DNA from: Haloferax volcanii DS2
GTDB taxonomy: Archaea > Halobacteriota > Halobacteria > Halobacteriales > Haloferacaceae
Direction of reading: 5' to 3'
Length of the DNA: 32,000 nt
NCBI RefSeq assembly: GCF_000025685.1
Contig: NC_013967.1
Location: forward strand, 420,001-452,000
Positions 8,646 to 17,011 of the stretch are shown piece after piece. The first letter of the stretch is position 1, and the number at the start of each line of letters is the position of its first letter. The position numbers and the translations under genes were made by a program. The notes under the pieces are model-generated. The model ran no database searches. It saw nothing but the letters and a program-made list of their open reading frames with translations, and had not been told where the DNA came from.

Positions 8646-9851
8646 TCAGTCCTGCTTCAGCGCCTCGACGCCGGCCAGCGGCGCGCCGGTCAGCGCGCGG
8701 ATGTACGCGCCGCCGGCGATGGAGACGTGGCCGAAGTCGGCTTCGTCCATGCCGTACATCCCGATGGCGCGGGAGGTGTCGCCGCCGCCGACGACGGAGA
8801 AGCAGTCGGTCTCGGCGATGGCGCGGAGGACGCCGGTCGTGCCGACCGCGAAGCGCTCGTCTTCGAACAGGCCGAGCGCGCCCTTCACGAAGACGGCCTC
8901 GGAGTCGCGGATGATGGGGTCGTACTCGTCGACCGTCATCGAGCCGACGTCGAGGTAGGCGCGGTCCTTCTCCGTGATGTTGGCGACCGCGATTTCGCCG
9001 CGGTCGTCGGTCTCGTCCTCGTAGGCGAGGTCGACGGCGAGCTTAATCTGGTCGCCGCGCTCGTCGAGCAGCGACTCGATGGTCTCGCGATTGGCCTCCC
9101 ACTGGTCGTCGAAGAAGTCCATGCCCTCGAGGTCGAAGCCAACGTCGTTGCCGGCGGCGCGGAGGAACAGTTCGCCGGCGATGCCGCCTAAGAGGAACTG
9201 GTCGACCTTGTCGCCGAGGTTGTTCATGACGTCGATGACGTCAGTGGCCTTCGTCCCGCCGACGACCATCGTCACCTGTCCGTCGAACTCGCGGGTGGCG
9301 ATGGAGGAGTTCGCCTCGTACTCGGTCTGCATCACGCGGCCCGCGTAGGCGGGGAGCACGAGCGGGAAGCCGACCAGCGAAGCGTGCGAGCGGTGGGCCG
9401 CCGAGTAGGCGTCGTTGACGTAGGCGTCGACGTGCTCGGCGAGGGTTCGGACGAACTCGGTGTCGGCCTTGACCTCGGGGTCCTCCTCGGGGAGTTCCTC
9501 GTCGCACATCCGCGTGTTTTCGAGGAGGAGCACGTCGCCGGCTTCGAGCGCGTCGATGGCGGCGATGGCGTCGTCGCCGTAGGTGTCGGCGACGAACCCC
9601 ACCTCGCGGTCGATGTGCGAGGCGAGGATGTCGGCGTGCTGTTCGAGCGAGACGAAGTCGTCGCCGCCGGGGCGGCCCTGATGGGCCATGAGGACGACGC
9701 GGTGGCCGGCCTCGGCGAGTTCGCGGACGGTCTCCGCGTGGCGGTCGAACCGTCGGTTGTCTTGGACCTCGCCGTCTTCGACCGGCGAATTGAGGTCGAG
9801 TCGGACGAGTACGCGCTGCTCCGGGTCGAGGTCATCGAGGGTCTTGAACAT
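8646..9851 (-). CDS. pgk: phosphoglycerate kinase
   Basis: 401 aa, full-length archaeal PGK pattern (RLDLNSP, MAHQGRP, VGGTKATD, GGGDT). A TATA-like CTAAGTAAC lies ~29 nt upstream of the ATG on the minus strand. Confidence 0.95.
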   Translation of the reverse strand: MFKTLDDLDPEQRVLVRLDLNSPVEDGEVQDNRRFDRHAETVRELAEAGHRVVLMAHQGRPGGDDFVSLEQHADILASHIDREVGFVADTYGDDAIAAIDALEAGDVLLLENTRMCDEELPEEDPEVKADTEFVRTLAEHVDAYVNDAYSAAHRSHASLVGFPLVLPAYAGRVMQTEYEANSSIATREFDGQVTMVVGGTKATDVIDVMNNLGDKVDQFLLGGIAGELFLRAAGNDVGFDLEGMDFFDDQWEANRETIESLLDERGDQIKLAVDLAYEDETDDRGEIAVANITEKDRAYLDVGSMTVDEYDPIIRDSEAVFVKGALGLFEDERFAVGTTGVLRAIAETDCFSVVGGGDTSRAIGMYGMDEADFGHVSIAGGAYIRALTGAPLAGVEALKQD

Positions 9852-9926
9852 CGGGTGGAAGAACGTAGAGGAGTTACTTAGTGGTGGGTAAGTCGCGCTG
9901 AAAGGGCGGGCGATTCGTGGGGGCGT

Positions 9927-10979
9927 CTACTGGTGGGTGACGAAGTGGGCGACGTCGAGCATCCGGTTGGAGAAGCCGTACTCGTTGTCGTACCACGTCA
10001 GTATCTTGTAGAGGCCGCCGTCGTTGACCTGGTTGGTCGTGTTGAGGTCGACGGTGCTGGAGAACGGCAGGCCGAGGATGTCACGCGAGGTGACCTCGTC
10101 GTCCGTGTAGCCGAGGACGCCCGCGAGCGGGCCGGAGTCGGCCGCGGCGCGGAAGGCGTCGTTAATCTCCTCGACGGAGGGCTTGTCTTCGAGACGGACG
10201 ACGAGCTCGGTGAGCGAGCCGTTCGGCACGGGGACGCGAATCGCCATGCCGTCGAGCTTGCCGTCGAGCTGGGGCAGAATCTCGGTGGCCGCCTGCGCCG
10301 CGCCGGTCGTCGTCGGGACGATGTTCTCGGCGGCGGCACGCCCGCGGCGCTGTTTCGCGTGGGGGCTGTCGATGAGGTTCTGGCTGCCCGTATAGGCGTG
10401 GACGGTCGTCAGGAGACCGTTCTCGATGCCGAACTCCTCGTCGAGCACCTTCGCGACCGGCGTGACGGAGTTGGTCGTACAGGAGGCGTTCGAGACGATG
10501 TCCTCGCCGTCGTACTCGTCGTGGTTGACGCCGTAGACGATCTGCTTGACCGGCTCGTCGCCCTTCGGCGGCGCGGAGATGACGACCTTGTCCGCGCCCG
10601 CTTCGAGGTGTGCGGAGGCGTCTTCCTTCGTACGGAAGATGCCCGTACATTCGAGCGCCACGTCCACGTCGAGTTCGCCCCACGGAAGCTCCGCGGGGGA
10701 CTGGACGTTGTAGAGGCTCACCGAGGTGCCGCCGATGGACAGCGAGTCGCCGTCTCGCTCGACGCCGTCGAGCCGGCCCATGACGGAGTCGTACTTCGCG
10801 AGATACGCCATGTCGTCGAAGTCCATGACGTCGTTGATGGCGACCAGTTCGACCTTCGGGTTGTCGAGGACGGCACGGAAGATGTTCCGGCCGATGCGGC
10901 CGAAGCCGTTGAGTGCCACCCGCACCACGTCCGATTCATCCACGTTCTCGCCCGCGCTGAGGTAGGATTTTTCACTCAT
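9927..10979 (-). CDS. gapA: type I (bacterial-type, phosphorylating) glyceraldehyde-3-phosphate dehydrogenase
   Basis: 350 aa. NGFGRIGRN Rossmann motif, active-site SNASCTTN, and WYDNEYGFS near the C-terminus. Confidence 0.95.
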   Translation of the reverse strand: MSEKSYLSAGENVDESDVVRVALNGFGRIGRNIFRAVLDNPKVELVAINDVMDFDDMAYLAKYDSVMGRLDGVERDGDSLSIGGTSVSLYNVQSPAELPWGELDVDVALECTGIFRTKEDASAHLEAGADKVVISAPPKGDEPVKQIVYGVNHDEYDGEDIVSNASCTTNSVTPVAKVLDEEFGIENGLLTTVHAYTGSQNLIDSPHAKQRRGRAAAENIVPTTTGAAQAATEILPQLDGKLDGMAIRVPVPNGSLTELVVRLEDKPSVEEINDAFRAAADSGPLAGVLGYTDDEVTSRDILGLPFSSTVDLNTTNQVNDGGLYKILTWYDNEYGFSNRMLDVAHFVTHQ

Positions 10980-11193
10980 GTTCGAGTAGTATCCGTATAG
11001 ATATCTCGGGGGCAGGAGTATATCTGTTTCGGTAAATCAGACTGAATCGAACGTTACCTTTCATTCACAATCACAACCTAGACAGAAACGAACATAACCG
11101 GTCAGACACGGGCGGCGATTGACACGCCCGCACGGGGGCGAGTAGTCAGGTTGTAGACGGTCGCTCGCGGCCGAATCCTGGCGATTCGCTGGC

Positions 11194-11225
11194 AGGTGAC
11201 TGTCACAGGCAGAAACGTTTTATCC
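11194..11225 (+). promoter_or_regulatory. hsp20 promoter: GTGACTGTCAC palindrome plus BRE/TATA (GAAACGTTTTATCC)
   Basis: TTTTAT at 11218-11223 lies 26 nt upstream of the ATG at 11247 (leaderless spacing). A 5-1-5 palindrome at 11196-11206 sits immediately upstream. Confidence 0.5.
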
Positions 11226-11246
11226 TCCGATTTCATAGCGCCCCTC

Positions 11247-11609
11247 ATGGTCAGAGACGACCGCGACGACCCGTTCGACAACATCTTCGACGAAATCGAA
11301 CGGATGATGAACGACATGACCGGAGGCGACGCCGGATTCGCCTCCGAGACCCACATCGACATGTACGATGAGGGCTCTACACTCCGACTCGTCGCGGACC
11401 TCCCGGGCGTCGACAAAGACGCCATCGACCTCAAGTGCGACGGTGAGACGTTGACTATCAGCGCCGCCGGTGACCGCCGCGAGTACGACGAACGCATCCG
11501 CCTCCCGGCCCGCGTCGACGAACACTCCGCGTCGGCCACGTTCAACAACGGCGTCCTGCAGGTCACGTTCGACCGCGCCGAGGACTCCGCCGCCATCGAC
11601 GTCGAGTAA
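11247..11609 (+). CDS. hsp20: Hsp20/alpha-crystallin small heat-shock protein
   Basis: Track ORF 11196..11609 (GTG), trimmed to the ATG at 11247 (MVRDDRDDPFD). Alpha-crystallin blocks LVADLPGVDKDAIDLK, LTISA and ATFNNGVLQVTF. Confidence 0.85.
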   Translation: MVRDDRDDPFDNIFDEIERMMNDMTGGDAGFASETHIDMYDEGSTLRLVADLPGVDKDAIDLKCDGETLTISAAGDRREYDERIRLPARVDEHSASATFNNGVLQVTFDRAEDSAAIDVE

Positions 11610-11633
11610 CCACTCGGCTTCGGTACGGCCCGC

Positions 11634-12506
11634 TCAGGACTTCTTTGCGACCCGCTCGACGAGCGCCGCCAGTCGGTCGAAAAAGCCGTCGTCGTACTTC
11701 GCGTCGTCGTCGATGGTCGGCCGGGCGTTCGTCTCCGAGACGACGACCCGCCCGTCGGATTCGAGCAGGTCGACTCCGAGATAGCGGATGCCCAGTTCGT
11801 CGGCGACCGACTCGACGAGTTCGCGGTGGCTCTTCGGGAGGGTCACCCCGACCGCCTCCGCGCCGCGGTGGACGTTGTGCTTCCAGCGCCCGCCGTCGCG
11901 CGCGCCGTCGGACAGGCGGCGCTCGACCGCGCCGACGACCTCGCCGTCGAGCACCATCGCTCGGTAGTCTCGCGCCTCCGGGAGCCACTCCTGAATCAGA
12001 AACGACTTGTCGCCGGTCGCTCGGAAGTCGTGGACGAGCCCCAGCACGTCCGCGTGCCCTGAAAGCGAGTCCGGGTCGTGGGCCTTGGCGATGCCGACGC
12101 CCCGCGTCGTCGAGTTCGGCTTGACCACGACCGGGTAGTCGAGGCCCGCCGATTCGACGGCGTCGAGCAGGTCCGACTCGTCCGACGGGTTCGAGACGCA
12201 GACGCTCCGCGGGACCGGCAGGCCGGCGCGTTCGAGCGCCGCGATGACGCCCGCCTTGTTCCGCGAGGTGAGTACGTCCTCGCGCGTGTTCACCCACGGA
12301 ACGTCGTGTCTGGCGGTGACGACGCCGCCTTCCATCGGCCGCGTGGGGTAGACGAAGCCAACGTCGAACGACTCGGCCGGCGGCGTCGAGAGGTCGAGCG
12401 CGAACTCCTTGGCGCGGAGGTGTCCTACGTCGATGCCGCGGTTTCCGAGCGGGCCGCGCATTCGCTCGAACGTCTCGCTGGAGGTGGTGACCGCCAACCG
12501 AAGCAT
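11634..12506 (-). CDS. RimK-family ATP-grasp ligase (alpha-L-glutamate ligase-like)
   Basis: 290 aa ATP-grasp pattern: NKAGVIAALERAGLPVP, YPVVVKPNSTTRGVGI, FLIQEWLP, GVDLLESDGRVVVSETNARP. Confidence 0.85.
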   Translation of the reverse strand: MLRLAVTTSSETFERMRGPLGNRGIDVGHLRAKEFALDLSTPPAESFDVGFVYPTRPMEGGVVTARHDVPWVNTREDVLTSRNKAGVIAALERAGLPVPRSVCVSNPSDESDLLDAVESAGLDYPVVVKPNSTTRGVGIAKAHDPDSLSGHADVLGLVHDFRATGDKSFLIQEWLPEARDYRAMVLDGEVVGAVERRLSDGARDGGRWKHNVHRGAEAVGVTLPKSHRELVESVADELGIRYLGVDLLESDGRVVVSETNARPTIDDDAKYDDGFFDRLAALVERVAKKS

Positions 12507-12591
12507 ACGCTACGAGGCGGGGTCCCGGGGCAAAAATGGTGGGTTCGAGGCGAGGCGCGTTCCGAGCACGCGCCGACGCGCCGACGCGAAC

Positions 12592-13122
12592 TTACGCGAC
12601 GAGCAACTCTTCGCCGCGGTCGACGACGATGCGGCACGGCGGCGACATCTTGTTGTACGCGCGGCGGAAGGCGTCCTTCGCCGTTTCGGCGTCCTCGACG
12701 TCGCAGTAGATGGTGAACACCGTCTCGCCCTTGGGGATGCGAGCGGCGGTCCCGACGACCTTCCCGAACGACTGGCGCATCCCGTCGGAGACGCGGTCCG
12801 CACCCGCGCCGGTCGCCTGCTTGTTCTCGCGGATGACGTGGTGCGGGAACTTGCGCAGAATCATCTTGTACTGCTTTTCGCCCGCGTGCTTGAGCATGAG
12901 GCGGTTGGCAGACAGACGCGCGGATTCGAGCGACCCGTGGCGAATCTGCACTTCCTCTTCGACCTTCAGGCTAATCTGGACGGGGTAGTCCTCGGGGTCG
13001 GCCTGCAGGTCGCCCATATTGTGCTGTGCGATCTTCGAACCGGGGATACCCGTGATGTACTCGCGTCGGGTGTACGCCGGGTTCGTAATCTCCCGGTACA
13101 TAGAGGCGGGTTTGTCTGACAT
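12592..13122 (-). CDS. rpl10e: 50S ribosomal protein L10e (uL16)
   Basis: Track ORF 12592..13176, trimmed to [12 protein letters not shown] (ATG 13122). Strongly conserved uL16/L10e sequence ([27 protein letters not shown]). Confidence 0.95.
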   Translation of the reverse strand: MSDKPASMYREITNPAYTRREYITGIPGSKIAQHNMGDLQADPEDYPVQISLKVEEEVQIRHGSLESARLSANRLMLKHAGEKQYKMILRKFPHHVIRENKQATGAGADRVSDGMRQSFGKVVGTAARIPKGETVFTIYCDVEDAETAKDAFRRAYNKMSPPCRIVVDRGEELLVA

Positions 13123-13282
13123 GGTTACTTGTGAAACCGAAGGGTCAGGCGGGCTAAAAACGCTTCGAAGCTTCATTCGCCCGCCGCGGTCGTGTCAGCT
13201 CCTCGCACGCCGGTTCGTCGCAGCGACCGACCGTCCCGGCCGGGAGACAGTCTTATGCGCCGCCGCCGCCACGGTTCTGTCC

Positions 13283-13930
13283 ATGCTGCTCGTCTGCGAC
13301 TGTATGCCTGCGGACGGCCCCGCGTACTTCACCGACGCGCTCGCCGACCTCGCGCTCGACGGCCGCGAGGGGGCCGTTCACTCGATTCCCGCCGACGGCC
13401 TCCCGACGCTCTCGGACGTCGACGCCGTCGTCCTCACCGGGAGCACCGCGGGCGTTTACGAGACCGACGGGCGACCGTGGCTCGACGACGCGCGCCTGCT
13501 CGCCCGCGACCTCGTCGCCCGCGAACTGCCCACGCTCGGCGTCTGTTTCGGCCACCAACTCGTCAACGACGCCCTCGGCGGCACGGTCGAAGCCGGCGAC
13601 CAGCGCCGCGGTATCACCGACGTGAACCTCGACGACGACCCGCTGTTCGACGGCGTCTCCGGACGTATCCCGATGGTTCACGGCGACTACGTCGTCGCCC
13701 CCGGCGACCGCATGGAGACCGTCGCCTCCGCGGACTACTACGACCACCTCGCCACCCGCCACGAGGACGCGCCCGTCTGGACGGTCCGGTACCACCCCGA
13801 GTTCACAGCCGGCCTTCTCGACCGTATCGCCGACGACTTCGGTTGGCCCGACGACGACGCCGACCGCGACTTCGACGACGTGACGGCCGACCGAACCCTC
13901 GAGAACTTCGTCGCCGCCGGTCTGGACTGA
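13283..13930 (+). CDS. class I glutamine amidotransferase-like protein
   Basis: Track ORF 13019..13930 overlaps rpl10e, so trimmed to the ATG at 13283 (MLLVCDCM). GATase1 nucleophile-elbow block LGVCFGHQL and a downstream HPEF block. Confidence 0.75.
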   Translation: MLLVCDCMPADGPAYFTDALADLALDGREGAVHSIPADGLPTLSDVDAVVLTGSTAGVYETDGRPWLDDARLLARDLVARELPTLGVCFGHQLVNDALGGTVEAGDQRRGITDVNLDDDPLFDGVSGRIPMVHGDYVVAPGDRMETVASADYYDHLATRHEDAPVWTVRYHPEFTAGLLDRIADDFGWPDDDADRDFDDVTADRTLENFVAAGLD

Positions 13931-14725
13931 TTAGGCGTCCGCGTCGGCGTCGTCTGCTTTCTCGCTCTCTTCGGCTTCTCCTTCGTCCTCCTCGACCGGC
14001 GGTTCGCCCGTCTCGGGGTCGAGCGCGACGAACTCCAGCCCCTCGCGGTCGAGCATGTCGCCCGCTCGCTCGGTCACCGAGGGCGCGACGAGGACGCCGC
14101 GAATCGGCTCGTCGTCACCGAACTCGCGGTGGAGCGCGTCGACGTACCGGCGAAGCTGACTCGCCGCCGAGGGACCGACGCGCCGCCGTTTCAACTCCAC
14201 GACGACCGGAACGCCCGCTGCGTCCTCGCCGAAGATGTCGATAGCGCCCGCGTCGCTCTGTCGCTCGGTTTCGAGCGGCTCGAACCCCGGTTCGAGGACA
14301 TCGGGGTCCGAGAGGATGTGCTGACGTAGGTCCTCCTCGCTGCCGACGAGTTCGAGGTCGCTCCGGTCGTTGACGGCGTAGGCCGAACACTGCTCGACGC
14401 GCTCGAACTGTACGTCGAGGCGCTCGTCGGGGCTCGTGCGCGTGCTTCTGACCCGAAGCCGGCCGTCGCGGACGCTCGCGGAGTGGGTACAGCCCGGCGG
14501 CTGCCAGTTGACGGGCGTCCGCTTTTCGTCGGTGTGGACCAGAATCGAGCCGTCCGGCTTCAGGACGACGAGCCGGTCGCCGGGGCCGAGTTCGCTCGTC
14601 GCGCGGCCGTCGTAATCGACCGTACACCGCCCGAATATCGTCATCATGTCACCGCGCTCGAAGGCGGCTTCGAGGTGGACGAGGGCGTCGCGGTGCGTCG
14701 GCCGGTGGAGTGTGTTCACCGTCAT
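13931..14725 (-). CDS. nucS: endonuclease NucS (EndoMS)
   Basis: 264 aa. N-terminal beta-barrel half (FGRCTVDYDGRA...VLKPDGSILVH) and C-terminal RecB-like nuclease half (DIFGEDAAGVPVVVELKRRR). Ends in a ~30 aa acidic tail. Its stop abuts the GATase stop (13930/13931). Confidence 0.9.
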   Translation of the reverse strand: MTVNTLHRPTHRDALVHLEAAFERGDMMTIFGRCTVDYDGRATSELGPGDRLVVLKPDGSILVHTDEKRTPVNWQPPGCTHSASVRDGRLRVRSTRTSPDERLDVQFERVEQCSAYAVNDRSDLELVGSEEDLRQHILSDPDVLEPGFEPLETERQSDAGAIDIFGEDAAGVPVVVELKRRRVGPSAASQLRRYVDALHREFGDDEPIRGVLVAPSVTERAGDMLDREGLEFVALDPETGEPPVEEDEGEAEESEKADDADADA

Positions 14726-14847
14726 CCGGGTGTCGTCCCGCGGTTCGTCGTCGCCGGGGATAAGCCCCGCGTCGCCGCGTCGGGGGACGCTGGTGAGACG
14801 GGTCAGTTCGCTGGCAGGCTTATGGTCTCTCCGTGCGTATCTCTCCC

Positions 14848-15303
14848 ATGGCCCCTGACTTCGCCCAACACAACCGCATCGAGATGCCGGCCGAGGAGAT
14901 AGACCGCCTGCTCCGCGAGGAGGGCGTCGGCGTCCTCTCGCTCGCGGACGACGGCGTCGCCTACGGGATTCCCCTCTCGTTCGGCTACGACGCCGACCGG
15001 GGGCGGCTCTACTTCGTCTTCCTCCGCCCCGGCGAGTCCTCGAAGAAGGCCGAGTTCGCGGAGCGGACCGCCCGCGCGAGCTTCACCGTCTGGAACGCCC
15101 CGTCGCGGGACCAGTGGGAGAGCGTCGTCGTCGACGGCGAACTCCACCAGGTCGACGACGGCGACTGGGACCGCGTCCGCGACGCGCTCGAAGACAACGC
15201 GTGGTATCCGACCCTGTTCTCGGAGACGGAGCCGATGCAGGACATCCTCGGCTGGGAGCTTCGCATCGACTCCCGGTCGGGGCTTCAGCGCCGGCGCGCG
15301 TGA
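14848..15303 (+). CDS. pyridoxamine 5'-phosphate oxidase (PPOX)-family flavin-binding protein, copy 1
   Basis: Track ORF 14833..15303, trimmed to the ATG at 14848 (MAPDF); TATA-like GCTTATGG lies 27 nt upstream. Block GVGVLSLADDGVAYGIPLSFGYD. Paralogous to 16448..16909. Confidence 0.75.
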   Translation: MAPDFAQHNRIEMPAEEIDRLLREEGVGVLSLADDGVAYGIPLSFGYDADRGRLYFVFLRPGESSKKAEFAERTARASFTVWNAPSRDQWESVVVDGELHQVDDGDWDRVRDALEDNAWYPTLFSETEPMQDILGWELRIDSRSGLQRRRA

Positions 15304-15431
15304 GCGCCGAGTTCGAACCCCGCGGTGCCCCGCAGACTGGCCCGACTCGAAGCCTTCGACGGGTCGAGTACTTAAACCTCCCCGGATAGCGCGGGCGGAG
15401 ATACCTCCCGCTGTCGGTCGTCTATCGAAGT

Positions 15432-15830
15432 ATGAACACGTCATCTGCCTCCGCCGTCGAACAGTCGTTGACCCGAAACTCGCGCCGCAGCCACGTCCTC
15501 TCTGACCCGTCGAGTGCCCTCTCGGCGCTCAGCGACGGCGACAGCCGGCGAATCCTCGCCGCCTGCGACGAGGCTCCGAGAACCGCACAGGAGTGCGCCG
15601 AACTCTGTGACGTGCCGCTGTCGACGGTCTACCGGAAGCTCGACCTGCTGACCGAGGCGTCGCTCCTCGACGAGCGACTGCGGGTCCAGACGGCGACGCA
15701 CCACCCGCGGGAGTTCGCGACCAACTTCGACACGCTCTCGTTTTCGTTCGACGACGCCGGCGTGTCGCTCGCGTTCCGGCAGATCGCCACCGACGGCGGC
15801 GAAGACGGCGCGGAGGGCCGGTCGCGATGA
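15432..15830 (+). CDS. winged helix-turn-helix (ArsR-like) transcription regulator, copy 1
   Basis: 132 aa. RRILAACDEAPRTAQECAELCDVPLSTVYRKLDLLTEASLL is a wHTH core. Paralogous to 17774..18166. Confidence 0.7.
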   Translation: MNTSSASAVEQSLTRNSRRSHVLSDPSSALSALSDGDSRRILAACDEAPRTAQECAELCDVPLSTVYRKLDLLTEASLLDERLRVQTATHHPREFATNFDTLSFSFDDAGVSLAFRQIATDGGEDGAEGRSR

Positions 15831-15900
15831 CCGCGACGCGCGCCGCCGCGCGGCGGACGGAGCGAACCGAGACGGCGCTCGCCTCGCCGGAGGTGGACTG

Positions 15901-16059
15901 ATGAGCGCGACGACGACGGACGACTACGAGTTCACGTGTTCGCAGTGCGGCGAGGGCTTCGCCGTCAACGGCGGGATGCGCGCCGCGGTCCTCGAACGCG
16001 GCTGTCCCATCTGCGGAAGCCCCGTCTCGGCTGACGCCTTCGACCCATGTCCCGCGTGA
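15901..16059 (+). CDS. small zinc-finger protein (52 aa, CxxC...CxxC)
   Basis: Below the ORF-track length cutoff. My translation: MSATTTDDYEFTCSQCGEGFAVNGGMRAAVLERGCPICGSPVSADAFDPCPA. Clear paralogue of 16184..16330. Its ATG overlaps the stop of a 24-codon upstream ORF (TGATG). Confidence 0.6.
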   Translation: MSATTTDDYEFTCSQCGEGFAVNGGMRAAVLERGCPICGSPVSADAFDPCPA

Positions 16060-16063
16060 GTCT

Positions 16064-16090
16064 CGCTTTTCGGTCGCGCCCGCGACCGAA
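16064..16090 (+). terminator. T-tract plus perfect 8-bp palindrome after zinc-finger gene 1
   Basis: CTTTT (T4 at 16067-16070) is followed by CGGTCGCG-CC-CGCGACCG (16071-16088). The next gene has its own TATA-like CATATAC (16152-16158). Confidence 0.35.
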
Positions 16091-16183
16091 CCGGCGCTCG
16101 GTCGGGGCGCTCGCCTCGCCGCGTCCCCGGCACTCGAAAAACAGTAGGCTACATATACGTGTGCCACGCGTACTACGAACCAC

Positions 16184-16330
16184 ATGAGTGACAGCGCGGA
16201 CTACACATTCGTCTGCCCTGAGTGTGCGGAGTCCATGCTGGTCAACGACTCCATGCGCGACGCTCCCCTCGAAAACGGCTGTGTCGTCTGCAGCGCCGCG
16301 CTCACGACCGACGCCTTCTCGGCTACTTGA
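16184..16330 (+). CDS. small zinc-finger protein (48 aa, CxxC...CxxC)
   Basis: Below the ORF-track length cutoff. My translation: MSDSADYTFVCPECAESMLVNDSMRDAPLENGCVVCSAALTTDAFSAT. TATA-like CATATAC lies ~28 nt upstream (leaderless spacing). Confidence 0.6.
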   Translation: MSDSADYTFVCPECAESMLVNDSMRDAPLENGCVVCSAALTTDAFSAT

Positions 16331-16447
16331 GCGCGCGCCTGCGACCGAGTCGCGACCGGGTCCGCCGATATCACCCGACTCGACTCTCTCGGGCGTGCCG
16401 AGAAGTAACAGTAATTACGTCGGCCGCGAGTCTGGTGGTACGAACCG

Positions 16448-16909
16448 ATGTCTCTGGACCAACAGACCGAACTCTCGCCCGACGAGATACGCGAGGTCCT
16501 GTCCCGTCACGAGACGGGCGTCCTCTCGCTCGCGAAGGCGGACGAACCATACGCGATTCCCATCTCCTACGGCTACGACGGCGAGAGCGGTCGGTTCTAT
16601 CTCCGACTCGTCTCCACACCCGAAAGCGAAAAACGGCAGTTCCTCACGTCGTCGCCGCGGGCCCGACTCGTCGTCCACGAGTCGAACGACGGGAGCTATC
16701 GGAGCATCATCGCCGAGGGGACGCTCGAACGCGTCGACCCCGACGAGCTGACCGTCGAACGAATCGTCCAGTACGGCAAGGCAAAGCGTCCGCTGTTCGA
16801 AATCTGGGGCGAGACGAAGCGCGACCTCGACATCCAACTGTTCGAACTCGACCCCGAGACGCTGGGCGGGCGCGCCGTCGAACTGGACGCCCCGGAGTCC
16901 GACCAGTAA
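16448..16909 (+). CDS. pyridoxamine 5'-phosphate oxidase (PPOX)-family flavin-binding protein, copy 2
   Basis: 153 aa. Block ETGVLSLAKADEPYAIPISYGYD aligns with copy 1. AT-rich AGTAATTACG lies ~30 nt upstream. Confidence 0.8.
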   Translation: MSLDQQTELSPDEIREVLSRHETGVLSLAKADEPYAIPISYGYDGESGRFYLRLVSTPESEKRQFLTSSPRARLVVHESNDGSYRSIIAEGTLERVDPDELTVERIVQYGKAKRPLFEIWGETKRDLDIQLFELDPETLGGRAVELDAPESDQ

Positions 16910-17011
16910 TGCCCGCGGTCGTCGCCTCCGAGGCGGCCCCCATCGCGACGGTCGTCGCTGCGGCGGGCAGCGCGTCCCGCGGCGAACCCCGACCCGCCCG
17001 CTCGTAACCTC

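Noticed and set aside
10980-11246. 267-bp AT-rich divergent intergenic region between type I GAPDH and hsp20 as a possible sRNA locus (AGATAT-N16-ATATCT repeat, CGGGCG/CGCCCG hairpin at 11108-11135)
   Set aside because: Two divergent promoters plausibly account for the AT-rich elements. I see no terminator-bounded unit or conserved structure that I can defend without transcript data.
13192-14244. Arg/Pro-rich 350-aa ORF; similar ones at 326..1348, 17737..18762, 11563..12297 and 21560..22852
   Set aside because: These are off-frame or antisense readings of real genes. Their extreme R/P/G content is inconsistent with the acidic proteomes of haloarchaea.
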